A stretch of 64,000 bases of DNA from Octopus sinensis (lineage: Eukaryota). Made by a program: the position numbers and the translations under genes. The notes below the pieces were generated by a model. The model had not been told where the DNA came from and ran no database searches. It was given only the letters and a program-made list of their open reading frames with translations. Location: assembly GCF_006345805.1 (NCBI RefSeq), contig NC_042999.1, positions 38,502,001-38,566,000 of the forward strand, in the 5' to 3' direction. Shown piece after piece: positions 51,008 through 64,000 of this stretch. How positions within the stretch are numbered: the stretch's first letter is position 1; the number at the start of each line of letters is the position of its first letter.

Positions 51008-53059
51008 AATGCATATCATATACATATATGCATATAAATACATACATAAATATAGATGTATACACGCATGTACTTACATTTATATATATGCACACACTAA
51101 ACATATATTTTCATACACACACATACGCACAAGCATATATATATATATATATGAATGTATATATTGCTGTATTCTTAAGAAATTCAATAAAGTCAGCGGA
51201 TGAGATTTGGATGATGCCATATTAATATTGTTTACCTTCCCTGCACTTTATGTGCGCAAGTAATCTTAGTAATTCTGGAACGAACAAATTTTTATTTATT
51301 TATATTATTCTATACGTTTATTCCGATCCGATATATATATCTAAATAAAACGAAAAATCAGAGATGTACGAATATTTTATACGATATAGACAGTTCGTAT
51401 GTTTGTATATGCTGTTTGTACACTCACTGGATGCAAGTGTCGTCCACGCGCCATCAATTGAAGTAATTGGCATATGATGTAATTCCAATGTAACGTTTCA
51501 CCTGGCTGATACATGTGTCTGCGTTACAGGAATTTGAACCCATCATAAATTTTAAAGTACTAAATCTGAATTCTTTCAAGCAAGCATCGATATTTATTCA
51601 TAAACACGTTTATAGAAAGGTTTCGCAAGATATTTTGGCTGGTGTCCTGTTAAAAAAAAAACATTTAGTTGTGTGTATAGAGAAATATTTTCGTATAATT
51701 GTCACTCATATAAATGTGTCAAGGCATGCAAGGCAGGAGTCAACTTATGTGCAATCTCAAACGAACTACATCATTTAATAATTTTCTACTTTTTTATATA
51801 TTGATTGTTGACCTACTCAAACTAGAATAAGTAATGATATAATCTATGCAGAAACTAATGTAATACAAAAAATTTAGTGCAGGTACAATATATATTTTGA
51901 TAAGAAAACTATAACGATATAAAGATATAGGATTACAGAATTTATCATTTGGGACGCAAACAGCAAAAATTAAAACGTTATAACTGAGAGGGACGAAAGA
52001 CTTTCAATAAAAGCTTGTGAATACCTACACGCCAAAATATATTAACGCTTCAGAACGACCAATGTGCTTGTGTGTGTCTGTGTATGTGTGCATGTATGTG
52101 TATACGTGTATGTGTGTATATGTATATATGTGTGTGTATGGGTGTGTCTGCATCTATCTCTGTCTTTACTTACATATATTCTAATGCGGTAGTGATGACA
52201 GATATGTATTAAGGGTAAGCTAAAACTGGAGTGTTTTTATAAAAAGTTCAAAATATATACATCAGGCTCACTAAATGCGATAGAAATATATGCTAGGTGA
52301 AATTATCTACTTTGTGACCATTCATAACATATTCCTTGCTTTCTTTCTGATTTTCTATCTCTTGTTCTACATACACATACATACATACATGCATGCATAC
52401 ATACATACATACATACATACATACATACATACATACATACATACATACATACATACATACATAAGAAAATTGAAGAGTAAGAGGAAATCTACAGACAAGT
52501 GCTTTTGAATTAGCAGTTTTTATATGCAGACTACATCCACATTTATAGCAATAATAATATCCTAGTTATTCTGGTTTCTAACTAAATGCCTATGTAGAAA
52601 TCCGGACGATCTCATTAAACAACCAGCTATTTAGCACATTAAAAATTTAGACTATTAAAAGAACCGAACAGATACAAGGCTTTTCTCAAATTAAACAGGG
52701 ATTTTTTTTCCTCAAGGTTAGGACCTTGTATCTTTGTTGTAAACTAGCACTTTCCCTACAGCAAGATTTTAAAGAATTGAAAATAAAAGAGAGAAATACT
52801 ATTTTCGTATTATCCATTTTTCATTCAAAGTGTCCTAGCAGTTGTAAATAACGCTATTTCGCCCTTCTTATGACCACCTCAGTACAACATAACTTGGGTT
52901 TTATTCAATTAGTTTGGCTGTGTTCCTTTGTGGGTTAATGTTCTGATAGTGTAAACTATCAGGGCAATGTAAGTATCAGTACTTCAACCTACATGGATTT
53001 ATGCAGGATTGCACAAATGGATTTATTTCTATAAGACCAGAACGTTGAACTGTGAACTG

Positions 53060-53235
53060 TTATGCTTCTTTTTTCTTCTCCTTCATCTCCTTATTCCTTT
53101 ACTCCTGTACTCTTTCTCATCATTTCATTCATCTATACTCTTCTCATTTTCCGCATTTGTCTCCGATGACGGAATGTCTCATACTCTGGGATATCCCAGA
53201 AACAGCTGTAAGACTTTGAATCTTTTTCCAATAAT
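53060..53235 (+). mobile_element. pLTR end with HHR (family of 7500-8030)
   Basis: GTCT-CCGATGA-..GGAATGTCTC/GGGATATCC..-GAAAC-AGCT-GTA-AGAC at 53159-53214. Confidence 0.72.
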
Positions 53236-54284
53236 AATAATGTATATGGTTCAAGATGTTTGCCATGCTATGTGCGTATATTATGTACATATACATGTGT
53301 GTATCTGCGTATATAAGTCCTTATACATATATATGTATATATTCTTCCATACGTGTGCGTATGCGGGTGTTTCTACTTGTATGTATATGTCCATGTACTT
53401 GGATGTGCGTGTGTAAGCGCGTGTATATATGAGTGTGTATATACACACCCACTCACCCACACACATACAATTTGTATATAGTTAATTCGAGGAAGTTAAG
53501 TCCTCATTAGGGATTATATAATCCAATATATTCCACTGGTTCAGTCCATACCACATAATGGTAAAATCATCTGTATATGTCTAGGATTATTGATATTTTG
53601 AATATTGAGGGAAAAAGAAGAAACTGGAGAATAAATGGATGTTTTTATTTGTAATTTTATTTGTAATTTTATTTATATTTTTTCCTTATAATTTAAAAAA
53701 TTTTTGTTTGTATAATTTAATAAAAAAAACGTCATCTTTCTACATGCAAATATATCAGTATTACATCCATATATTCTTTATTTTATTCTCCTTGTCCCCT
53801 CTCTATATACATACATGCTGTAGAAGTACAATTACAAATTTTAGTCAAACGCTAAATCAAAAATATTTCCATCATCTTAATCAACGCGACCACAATGTTC
53901 TCTCCCATAGACAAGAAGAGTATTTCTACGAAATATGAGAAGTAGTTTTAACTTCCATTTTATATTTTCTTAGGTCATTAACAAACGAATTGTAATTTTC
54001 TCATTGTTTAGCTATTAACAATGGAAGTAAACCTGAGGAACTATGAAAAGAAGTCACTAAAGTATTTGCAAACATAAGAATTGTGAGACAATTTGTAAGA
54101 ATGTAACTTTAGTTCGTAATTAAAACATGTTCTATTATTTCGATCACGCTAGTAACAGATTCATTACATTATAAAATTGATAGATCGACAAATATTTGTA
54201 GCTAAAAATAACATAAATTGACCGCTGGTGCTATGGCAGTAGATATCGGCTATATTCAGTTAATTATTAAACAACGTCCTTGCC

Positions 54285-55075
54285 AGAAATAATTATTTCT
54301 AATTTCAGCATAAGCCACCAGCATTGTGGGGAGGAGAAAGTCGATTATATTGACACAGGTAGTTGGTTCCAAAGGTATCTGAACTCAGAAATTAAAGATC
54401 CGTAAGAAAATCTGCTAACACTTTAGCCGATAATATTTTAACGATTCTGTCAGATCACTGCATTCCTTTCCAGGAATAATATTTCAGCTATAGGCGAGAG
54501 GCTTGAGAGATTCGGGGAAGGTACTAAGTCAAATACATTGACCTCAATGCTCAACTGATATTGTACTATAGAGCCTGAAAGAGTAACAATCAGTCAAAGT
54601 CGGCCGAATTTGAACTCAAAATGTCAAGACGGACGGATTGCCGTTAAACATTTGTGTCTCAAATTTTGGAACAGTCAGCAATGTTAGGGAGCGTGTAGTC
54701 GATTACTGCGATTCCAGAGGTCAACAGGTATTTCATCTTATTGATGTAGAAAAAAATGAAAGTCAAAATTGGCCACGGTGGTGTTTGAACTGAGAATGTA
54801 AAGAGCCGTGTCAGATTCCAATTTGCAATTTTCGCGACATCGCCGTCTTTCTTAAGAATAATTACTTTATTCTATGGTCACAAGGTCTGGAAGTTTCGAG
54901 GATCGGATTATTACATTAAACAAATGATCGACTGGTACACGTTTTATTGTTTCTGATTGGGTGAAATGTAAAGTCGGCTTCGGTGGAATTTAAATAAGAA
55001 GGTAAATATTAATAAAATACTACTAAGTATATTTTCTGACATTCTAATGATTCTACCAGCACGTAGCTTTATTAG
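54285..55075 (-). mobile_element. Four adjacent, same-orientation degraded family C SINEs
   Basis: Repeating gtcga(t)ta..ttgac, aagtcggc..gaatttgaactc and acgattctg(t/c)cag blocks at ~200-bp spacing. Confidence 0.65.
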
Positions 55076-56834
55076 TCGCTCGTAGTACTTGAAAATTAGT
55101 AGTCGTACATTCTAACTTTTAGGAATATATATTTTTTTCTTTTTATTGAATTTGAAGTCGCTCACATTCGAAACCTAACTGTATAACGGCATTTGTTGCA
55201 GGCAGTGTCATCATTTTTGATGACGGTACCAAGTAACAAGCAGTAGACCAGTGTAGTAAAACAAAAGTTTTGAGACATAGAGATAAGTGGCCGATAATAG
55301 GTTTTAGAGTTTTGTCGTGGGAGTAAGGGTCGTAAATCACTTCCTAGTTTCGGCGGGGGACGTTGAAATTTGATATTGTTGTAATGAGTGGTCAGTCTAC
55401 ACCTATCCATCACTACAGGTTTATAGCTTTAAGTTTATAGTGTGCATGCATGTGTGCGTGCATATACACACATACATACATGCATACATACATACACACA
55501 TGCGTACGTACGTACATACATATATATAACGAACTAACTGTTACTTTCTCAGATGCAACACGGATTTTTGTCAGTGAACAGGTCGCGGTCTTAAAGCGAC
55601 GAAAATATTTTGACAAATTAAACTTAAATGTTGAAGTGAATCGAACGGCGTTTGTGTGTTTCTTAAAATGGCTTACAAACCCCTTCCACGCTGCAATTGT
55701 TTTCGTTTCAGCACACTATCTCAGATCAAATCACTTGCTATGCAAGTACATCGCCGTAAAGTGTACCTACTATTTCTCAAAAACGAGCCGTGTGAGAGAG
55801 ACTGCCGTGTTCGATCGTAAAATATCTATTTTCAGTTAGAGTTACGTGAAATGATATATTTAGCGATAAAACGAATGGCAAGACGACCTCATTGAAACAA
55901 AATATTCAGAAGAATATTTTCTTTGCGTCGAAATATTCATCATATGTCACGAAGTCATTAAGTGAACTCATGAAACTTTAATTTTGACAAAATTGAAATG
56001 CGCTATAATTTATTCTACTATTTTTGCTTTCTTGTTTCTTTAAAAAAAATGCGTTATACAATATTGAAAGTAAGCAACTAAACGGTTCACGTGTGTTCAT
56101 ACACACAAACAGGTGCACGGGCACATACACGCACATAAAAATCAATATATTTGCTTGTGTGTGTATTCGTGAGCTTTGTCTGAGTTTTATGATGTAAAGT
56201 TTAAGCTAGAAAATTAGATTAGATATACGCAGTTCAACTACAGTGATGGCTCAATATTAGAGATGCATGGCTTGGTAGATAATATGTATGTTATTAAAAT
56301 TATTTGGTTTTAGTTTCGAAATTTTCGCATTTCTCAAAGATCTTCCAAATAAGATCTTCCGTGCGTTAGCTTCAATCAAAGAAAGCCACCAGCACAGTCG
56401 TCTCTTCTTCAAATAGTCTCTTTAACTATTTCCTTGCACAACAAGTACTTATTCTCACAAAACTTTTCGGATTCTATGTGCCACAAGTATTTGAAGATCG
56501 TTTGATTTTTAATATTTTTTTTTTATTCTGCTCCGCCGTCTATCCTTCGTCTCGAATATTTCAAAATTGATGGAAACCTTCATTAACTACGTTCTCCACG
56601 GTGAACTCTTCCCTGCATTAGAAAAAAAGCCTCACGGTGTTTGCGGATCATGTTCTACCTGAAAGACATTCTCTTAGCTCACTAAGAAGGTGATTCATTT
56701 CGTTAAAAAATGGTATGTCACTCGAAATGAATAAACGTTTGTGTTGATTACACCCCCTTACACACCTACATATATTTATATATGTATGTATATATATACA
56801 TTGAAAGTAAGCAACTAAACGGTTCACGTGTGTT

Positions 56835-57048
56835 TTCAACATGTGACCTCGTGAGCACCGCCAGCAATTTTTTTTCCTGTCTTCCCTTCTCGGGATCTTT
56901 CCTTCTCCTTTGTTTCCGACGAAGAGCTCCGCTCGAAACGTTAAACCCTCCTTCTTCCCTTCTTTCCCGAGCGTCCAAATAATACTTTATTTGTTTCACG
57001 TCCTCGTGTTGGTGTGTTTTTTTTGTGTTTTCTTGTTTGGATTAACTT
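56835..57048 (+). mobile_element. Family D HHR element (copy 5)
   Basis: HHR at 56912-56946 identical to 14377-14411. Ends ttgtttggattaac into (TA)n. Confidence 0.82.
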
Positions 57049-57149
57049 TATATATATATATATATATAGAAAGATAGAGAGAGAGAGGGAGAGAGAGAGA
57101 AACAGATAAAGAGATAAACGATAGAAATTGGAAAGAACGGCCTTCTTTA

Positions 57150-57420
57150 TTTAAAATCACTACAATTGTTTTGGCACAATTTTAGACCTGATCATTATCA
57201 TACATCCGAAGTAGGCATACATACAAAAGGTATGCATTCTAGAACTGAAGGAAACGATGAGATGATCTAGAGAAAAAAATTTAAACGATCACCAGACGAG
57301 GTGCCTTTTACACCTTGCATGTATGATAAGGATTGCAGAGCATCTCTCAAAGGTACAGGGTGTAAAAACGTGTCGAAACAATTGTAGTGAGCATTCCATT
57401 TTCTATCGTTTATCTGTTTA
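57150..57420 (+). mobile_element. Small HHR element with inverted partial copy
   Basis: TCAC-CAGACGA-..TTTACACCTTG/CAGGGTGTAAA..-GAAAC-AATT-GTA-GTGA at 57289-57390. Antisense gtgccaaaacaattgtagtga at 57155-57175. Confidence 0.62.
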
Positions 57421-57544
57421 TAAAAGCTATAGGGCTATTATGGAATCCATGATATGTATACATCTTCAGGAGCATTTCCACTGTATGATGACATCAGATA
57501 ACCAATAACTGTGGAAGAGATTTGCATCGCATTCTATAAGGTAT

Positions 57545-57610
<66 letters not shown>

Positions 57611-59089
57611 GTATGTATGTATGTATGTATGTATGTATGTATGTGTGTGAGTGAGTGCCTGTGTATACACATAAGGGAAATAAGGTGTTAGGTGAGATAG
57701 TAGGTGTTCATTACATATATATATATATTACTGAACAATACCTGTAACATTTAATTAATTTTGTCCTCTATTTCTAAGGTATTTTGAGGTCTATTTACTG
57801 TTGATGTTACACAAATGTTGTCTCACTCTTTCTCCATTTATCTCTCTACCCCTTTCTCCCCTCCCTCTCTCTCTCATATACACATACATGCACCCGTCTT
57901 CTGCTCTCATACACACGCAATCTCATATAATGTTCTCCTTAAAAATATGCTGAGATGCACATTCACAAACTTAATCAGCTTTCAAACAATAATTCATTCT
58001 AACCTCTGCTCATCATTATCGGAATCTCAGAGGTTTTGCTCACAGAATGTCACTCCATGCGTTTACCCTTTTCTCTTGAAGGATATAGTGAAAGTTAACG
58101 TGCAATTTTAGCGCATATTCTCACATACTATAACTATTTTAAATTATACATTTCTTCTATTTTCCTTTTTCGTTTCGGCAGTAAAACCAAGAAACATTCA
58201 ATACACGATAAAAAAAAAAATTAAATGAAGAGTAAAATCTGGTGAATGTGAAATGTCAATTACAACAGATTGATTTATTTTCATCGCTGAAGATTTAATA
58301 TTATTTAATTAAAATGTATTGCTTTATTGCCAGTATGCTAGTGTCCATATTAAGATTTAATAAAAATGTTAGCCCGTCACACATCTGGTGAATGATTACG
58401 GAAAATTTTTCGGTTTCTTCAAATCTGTAAATAGATGTATAGCATGAATGTTTACATTTAATAGTTATACGAATTTCATAATCATATAAATGATATTGAA
58501 GATAAACGTTAGTTGTTCATCTATCGTTTGATGTTTGTTCGTCGTGTATATATTTTTCTGTAAATACCTAACATTAGGTCGAAACGGTTCCAGCGCCACA
58601 CCTATAAACAAACGTTTCTAACTACAAATTTATTTGGGTATCGGGAAACACATTTTCAGAGAAGTATTTTTATAGGCTAGCACTCGGAAGTGTTTGTACA
58701 GGTCTACTGATCGCCAAAATATTTGTTCTCCTATATTGAAATTTACGCTGCAGGCAAATTAACATAGGCACAATTGGTTGGTAACCACTAACGAAAATAT
58801 AACATTCAAGCAACGTATCTCTAAATTCATGATCATTCATAAATATCATGAAACGTGAGTTACCTAGACATGCAATTTTGTCTAGGTAACTCTCCACATA
58901 TATCACGAAGTCATTAAGTAAACGCATGCAGTTTCAACATTTAATAAAATTGAAGATTTGAATTTCATTTAAATTTACTTACTTTCTTGGAATGAAATGT
59001 AATTATATCACTGTTAGTGAATAAAGATGTTACACATACGTATACGTATATATGTAAGTATACAGAGATATATGTGAGCGTGTTTGTAA

Positions 59090-59546
59090 ATTTTGCGTAT
59101 GGAAGAACAAATTGACCTCCTGGAATCTGTCCAGAGACGTGCAACCAAACGCATACCCTCCATCAGACACCTACCATATTCTGAGCGCCTTGTTTCCCTG
59201 GGCATGGATTCACTGAAGCTCCGGCGTCTAGCGACGGACTTGGTAAACACCCACAAGGTTATCAACCACCTCACCAACAACAACACTGAACACCTTTTTG
59301 ATCTCCATGTGTCTAACACACGTGGGCATGCCTACAAAGTCAGAAAACAGCACAGCTCCCATGACTTTCGGAAACATTTTTTCACGCTCAGGGTTGCTGA
59401 AGCGTGGAATAAACTGCCTGCATCAGTTTTTGACTGCCATGACACTGCATCCTTTAAGGCCCTCATGCTTCCCGAAATCCGTCGAATCTACACCTGATTA
59501 TATATACACTTTAGATGAGTTGTAGTGCACCTGAGCACTGTACACA

Positions 59547-59600
<54 letters not shown>
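59090..59600 (+). mobile_element. CR1 LINE 3-prime end with (ATT)n tail
   Basis: LESVQRRATKRIP..YSERL..L.SL..RR..DL..TRGH..K..RKHFFTLRVAEAWNKLP, stop-free for 134 aa. Confidence 0.93.
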
Positions 59601-59602
<2 letters not shown>

Positions 59603-59624
59603 CTCACATTTATAGTTTATATGC

Positions 59625-60680
59625 ATATATGATGTCTGGCTCCTCGTTATCGAGTATGGCCATTACACGAGGCTTAACGGTAATGTGATCGAACGTGACT
59701 CTTTAGCGCAGCTAAAGATTTACAATATCTTGTACAGAATTGGCAGTTCAAACTTTTATCGGCAATAGGCTGCTGCAGTTGTAATTGGGCTCCATGTACC
59801 TGTGCATGTCGTTTGAGTCCTCCCGCCGAACTGAACTCTCTTCCACATGCTTGACAGATATGATTAGTATGATCTGTAGCACCTCCACCAGCAACCTGGT
59901 TGTCAATCATTGGTCTCGCTTTATGACTACGAAGATGACTCTTGAGTCCAGCCTTACTGAGGCAGGGTCTTCTACAGACACTGCATGTCAGCGTCATAGG
60001 AAGAACCTTAGCATCTGGAAGTGCAACAGTGATGCCCTTCCTGACATCCCTCCTTACTTTGTCATGCGCAACTCGAGATTTCTCAAAAGTAGCTGTCTCT
60101 TCATACACAATCCTTCTGCACCTGCTACAGTCAATAGCTATGCCCTCCCATATGTCAGAAGAGATGCTAGCATCTTTTACGAAAGCCTTCAACAAGTCTT
60201 TATAACTCTTTTTGGATTTATGTGGAGGTAGTTCTCTTTTAGCTATCTCTCCAAATAAGAGTTGCTTTGGCATCCTTGAATCTTTCATCATACCAGATGA
60301 CCACTCAATCTGAGCCTTTGCTTCAACACAAGAGCTTCTATAATTCCACACCAATAATTGAAGATCACTGATACTGTCCTCCCACTTAATGCCATAGATC
60401 CACACATCTGATGGAAACGTTCCAGTTGTTTAAGGTGGTATCGATATGTGACCCAGGTCTCGCAGGCATAAAGAAGAGAATAGAGCACACACGCCTTGTA
60501 CACCATTATGTTTTTCTTCCTGCATATCTCGCTGATTCCAGAGGCGCCTTTCTAGCTTTCCGAAAACATCACTTGTTTTCCTAATTCTGTATGAGATTTC
60601 ATTATACAAATTGCTATATCTATTAACCGTGCTTCCCAGGTAGACAAACTGATCAACTACACCAAGTCGTTTACCATACA
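59625..60680 (-). mobile_element. RTE-clade LINE 3-prime portion with three C2H2 zinc fingers
   Basis: VDQFVYLGS..EISYRI..FGKL, VYKACVLYSLLYACETW..LERFHQ, DSRMPKQLLFGE, then three CxxC..HxxxH fingers ending at 59674. Confidence 0.9.
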
Positions 60681-61535
60681 CACACAAAAACACACAGCCA
60701 CACACACATACATACCTACACACATACACACACATATATACACACATATACATACAGGTGTATATGTATGTCTATGGATGTATCCTTCATTGTGCAGTCT
60801 ACATCATATAAATATTTCGAAAGGAACCATGAAGAGATGTAGATAAATATATGAATTAAATAAACGCGTGTAATCCCTGCATCAGTACGTTCACAAGAAT
60901 ATATATCGGCACAAAAGCCTTTTCATATACATTCGCGGCTGTTGAAGCAAACATGTTTAGAAAACAGATTAAAAGTGTCTTAATTTACTATTGCAGTAAA
61001 ATTACCTTGTAGGTAGTATAACCTTTGTAAATATACTCGATACTTTCGAGTATAGGCATATGTTTATGTACATTACTGTAACATTGATATTTTTGCCGTG
61101 CGCATGGAAACTAATGAAGTTACTATTAATTTCAATTACGTCAGTATTGTTTTAGAGAGAATAACCTGCAGGGAAATTTCTGAGAAATATCTACACCTTT
61201 TCAAACAATAATGAAATGGATTTGACAATTGATTTCTGTACAGATTAAAACAATGTTTTGTACAACATTTATAAAACGTTCACGTACGCTTAGATGTGGA
61301 GAGGCATATGCTATGGAAGAAGATACTCTGTGATGTGGAATTCATTGTAAAATGGGGAATACTTTACATCGTATAGTGTAACAGTTGCTATACGTTTCAC
61401 CCCTTATAATTTCATATAATGCATGGTGCACATGCCCCTACAAAAACACACACTCACACTCACAGAGGTACACACATACACATACATACATACCTCCCCC
61501 CACATATATATATATATACACACACACACACACGC

Positions 61536-61596
<61 letters not shown>

Positions 61597-62049
61597 ACAG
61601 TATATATATTGTGATGAAAACGAGAAGAGTTGAATAATACATGTCGAAATTCAATACATACACGCATATAAGTGCATACACAATTAGACTGGTACACTGT
61701 ACGACACGCACACAGACACAGATACACTCACACGTAAATACATACACACACATGCACACACGCAAACACCCACTCACATCCGCGCACACACACGCACGCA
61801 CAATCGTATATGCGCTTTAAATATATTTGTTCAAGCCAAAACAAATGGAAGTGATAACAAAATGGAATCAAATGTTAATACTTTATCATATTGTTTCAAT
61901 ATTCCACGTTTAGGACCCTACTTTAACAACTTTTCTACGGAAATTTCCTGAAGACGTGATCCTAACCGCGAAATATTGGCATAATTAAATAACACTAACC
62001 ATCGAATCATTTTCTTGTAACTCTGTATGAAAAATAATTAAAAAGCAGA

Positions 62050-62235
62050 CGCAAGCATGGGTGTGCAGTAAGAAGCTTACTTCCCAACCACATAGTTCTC
62101 GGTTTAGTCCCACTCCGTAGGACCTTAGGCAAGTGTTTTCTGCAATAGATTCGATCCGACCAACGTCTCGTGAGTAGATTTGCTGAACGGAAACCGAAAG
62201 AAGACCGTCGTATATATGTATATGCGTGTGTGTGT
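62050..62235 (+). mobile_element. Family A SINE, 5-prime half, degraded
   Basis: gtaagaagcttacttcccaaccacat..ggtttagtccc..ggcaagtg..cggaaaccgaaagaagaccgtcgtatat. Confidence 0.8.
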
Positions 62236-63557
62236 TTATACTCATTGTCATCATCACCAACATCAACATCATGAACCACATAAAGTTTATCATGAACTCT
62301 ACGTTATAGAGTTCATGATAAAAACTTAACAATTTCTTTTTTTGTTTTTTACTAAATGATTTTGAATGCATTATCTTGCAATTGTAATATGTATTTGAAT
62401 AGAATAAATTATTTAAGAAGCATTTTTCTGTTTTTCTCATGTTGCTGTCGTTTACGAATTTTAAAACAAGGAAAAATTGCAAGCAAAATCAGTTTTATAT
62501 GCAAGGATTGTTATATGTTTGACATTAATCAATTAAAATTTGTTGTCTTATTAAGAAAATTATGCGAGTACACTTATTTAATTTTCAAAAACTTTTAAAT
62601 TTCTTCTGCATATTTGTTGCGAATCAAGTGCGTTACTTCTATTGTCTTATAACTATGAATAATACATTTGTTGGGCGTGAATGTTTACACCTAATCGACT
62701 TTTAAATTACGTTATGGGAATAATGAAAGCCAAAGTAATGTTAATGTGGCTTTGTCAAACGGTACAGCAGCCTTCAATTCCTTTTCCGCTTTGTTATTGT
62801 TATTGTGATTATTGCTATTGTCATTGTTGACCCCAAACCGAAAGTGTTCTGACTCCGATCATCCTTTCATTCCTTACATCTGGGGACATAGTTTCTTAAA
62901 AAAAAAATGTCTGATTATGGTAGTCTCTGACGGACAAGAGTGAAAATGTGTACGATATTTCTACAGCTACAGAGACTGTTTGCTGGTTTCCGTGATGGTT
63001 CATCGTTAATTTGGCTTTCTTTAGATGTACGTGAAATTATACAATATTGCTTTAAATGCAATAGCGAAAAAAAACGTTCAAACAATTTAATAATTGAAAA
63101 ACAGATAAGAAATCATTTTTGGCGTCAATATGTTGCTCATATGTCACGAAGTCATTAATGAACGCATGGAATTATGATTTTTAATAGAATTGAAATTGGA
63201 TTTATTTTTGTGATTTATTTTTGCTTGCTTACTCTCAAAAATAAAATAAGCAGAAAATAACTCAGAATATATTACTATGAATAATTAAAGTGATCGTGTT
63301 TGTATATGTTCTATTTTTATGTATGTAAGCACTTATATTACTTTGTCAATATGAGCACCTGCATAATGGGTTTGTTCAGATATATATTTAAATTATATAC
63401 AATACACACATACATATGATGCACGTACATATATTTATATCTGTATCCATATCTATCTATCCGTCTTTCTCTCTTTATGACAGTCTCTCTGTCCCTCAGT
63501 CTCCGTCTCTCACTCCGTGCATCCTGCCCTCTCGTCTTTCTGTATATGTATATATAA

Positions 63558-63641
<84 letters not shown>

Positions 63642-63858
63642 GCTAGGCCACTGGTAATAATACTTTCTATAATTCTTATTACCCTAATATTATTATTACG
63701 TTTAAATATTTTTTGATAGATTTGTTCGATATTTTTACCGGCATCCTCTCTGTCGCCGGAAATAAACTGCATCGACGTAGTTGTTTTCAAAAATTAGGAT
63801 ATACAAGCAACTTGTTTACAGGCGAATGTAGTTGTGTGTATATTTGAAATCTAAAGGC

Positions 63859-63928
63859 TTCCTACTGATGAAACTAGCCTCAGGGAATATTTTTTTACTG
63901 GAATGAGTTAGAAACCATGGTCTAGGAA
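63859..63928 (+). ncRNA. Type I HHR motif, canonical core
   Basis: TTCCTA-CTGATGA-AACT..AGTT-A-GAAAC-CATG-GTC-TAGGAA. 6-bp stem I, palindromic ACCATGGT, GUC triplet. Confidence 0.8.
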
Positions 63929-64000
63929 TTAAATTAGATGGTTAAGGTTTTTTTTATTTTCAATTCTTTCGAGAATTTATCCATAATTAGTGGTTTGAGT

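Noticed and set aside
56330-56765. Degraded mariner relic (end ttgattacaccccttaca)
   Set aside because: Only a weak TIR-like end; no transposase motif recovered.
61945-61985. CTGAAGA..GAAATATT hammerhead-like string; similar weak strings at 51975-52000 and 55345-55400
   Set aside because: Stems I and II are too weak to separate from chance matches.

Overview
AT-rich eukaryotic intergenic or intronic DNA with no recognisable host gene. The microsatellite load and the tRNA-derived SINE families suggest an octopus/cephalopod genome (inference from pattern recall, not a database search). Most ORFs in the track are microsatellite artefacts. Real coding content is all transposon-derived: a near-intact Neptune-type Penelope-like element (PLE; RT + Zn finger + GIY-YIG, 28916-31271, one frameshift), a head-to-head rearranged PLE of a second group (36677-39071), three GIY-YIG relics, a full-length DD34D mariner (26228-27519), other Tc1/mariner relics, two RLE-type (R4/Dong-like) LINE ends, two CR1-type and two RTE LINE ends, two non-autonomous Helitrons and about 15 SINEs. 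The main signal not shown by the ORF track is a dense set of type I hammerhead-ribozyme (HHR) motifs: at least 20 intact or decayed copies from about 10 sequence families, almost all with a palindromic stem III and mostly in elements ending in (TA)n. Two loci (47041-48464 and 39253-40219) are ORF-less tandem 545-bp and 588-bp units with one HHR per unit, resembling retrozymes. Many elements share an 'inverted 5-prime partial copy + forward copy' architecture. All folds and identities were assessed by eye; ribozyme activity is untested.
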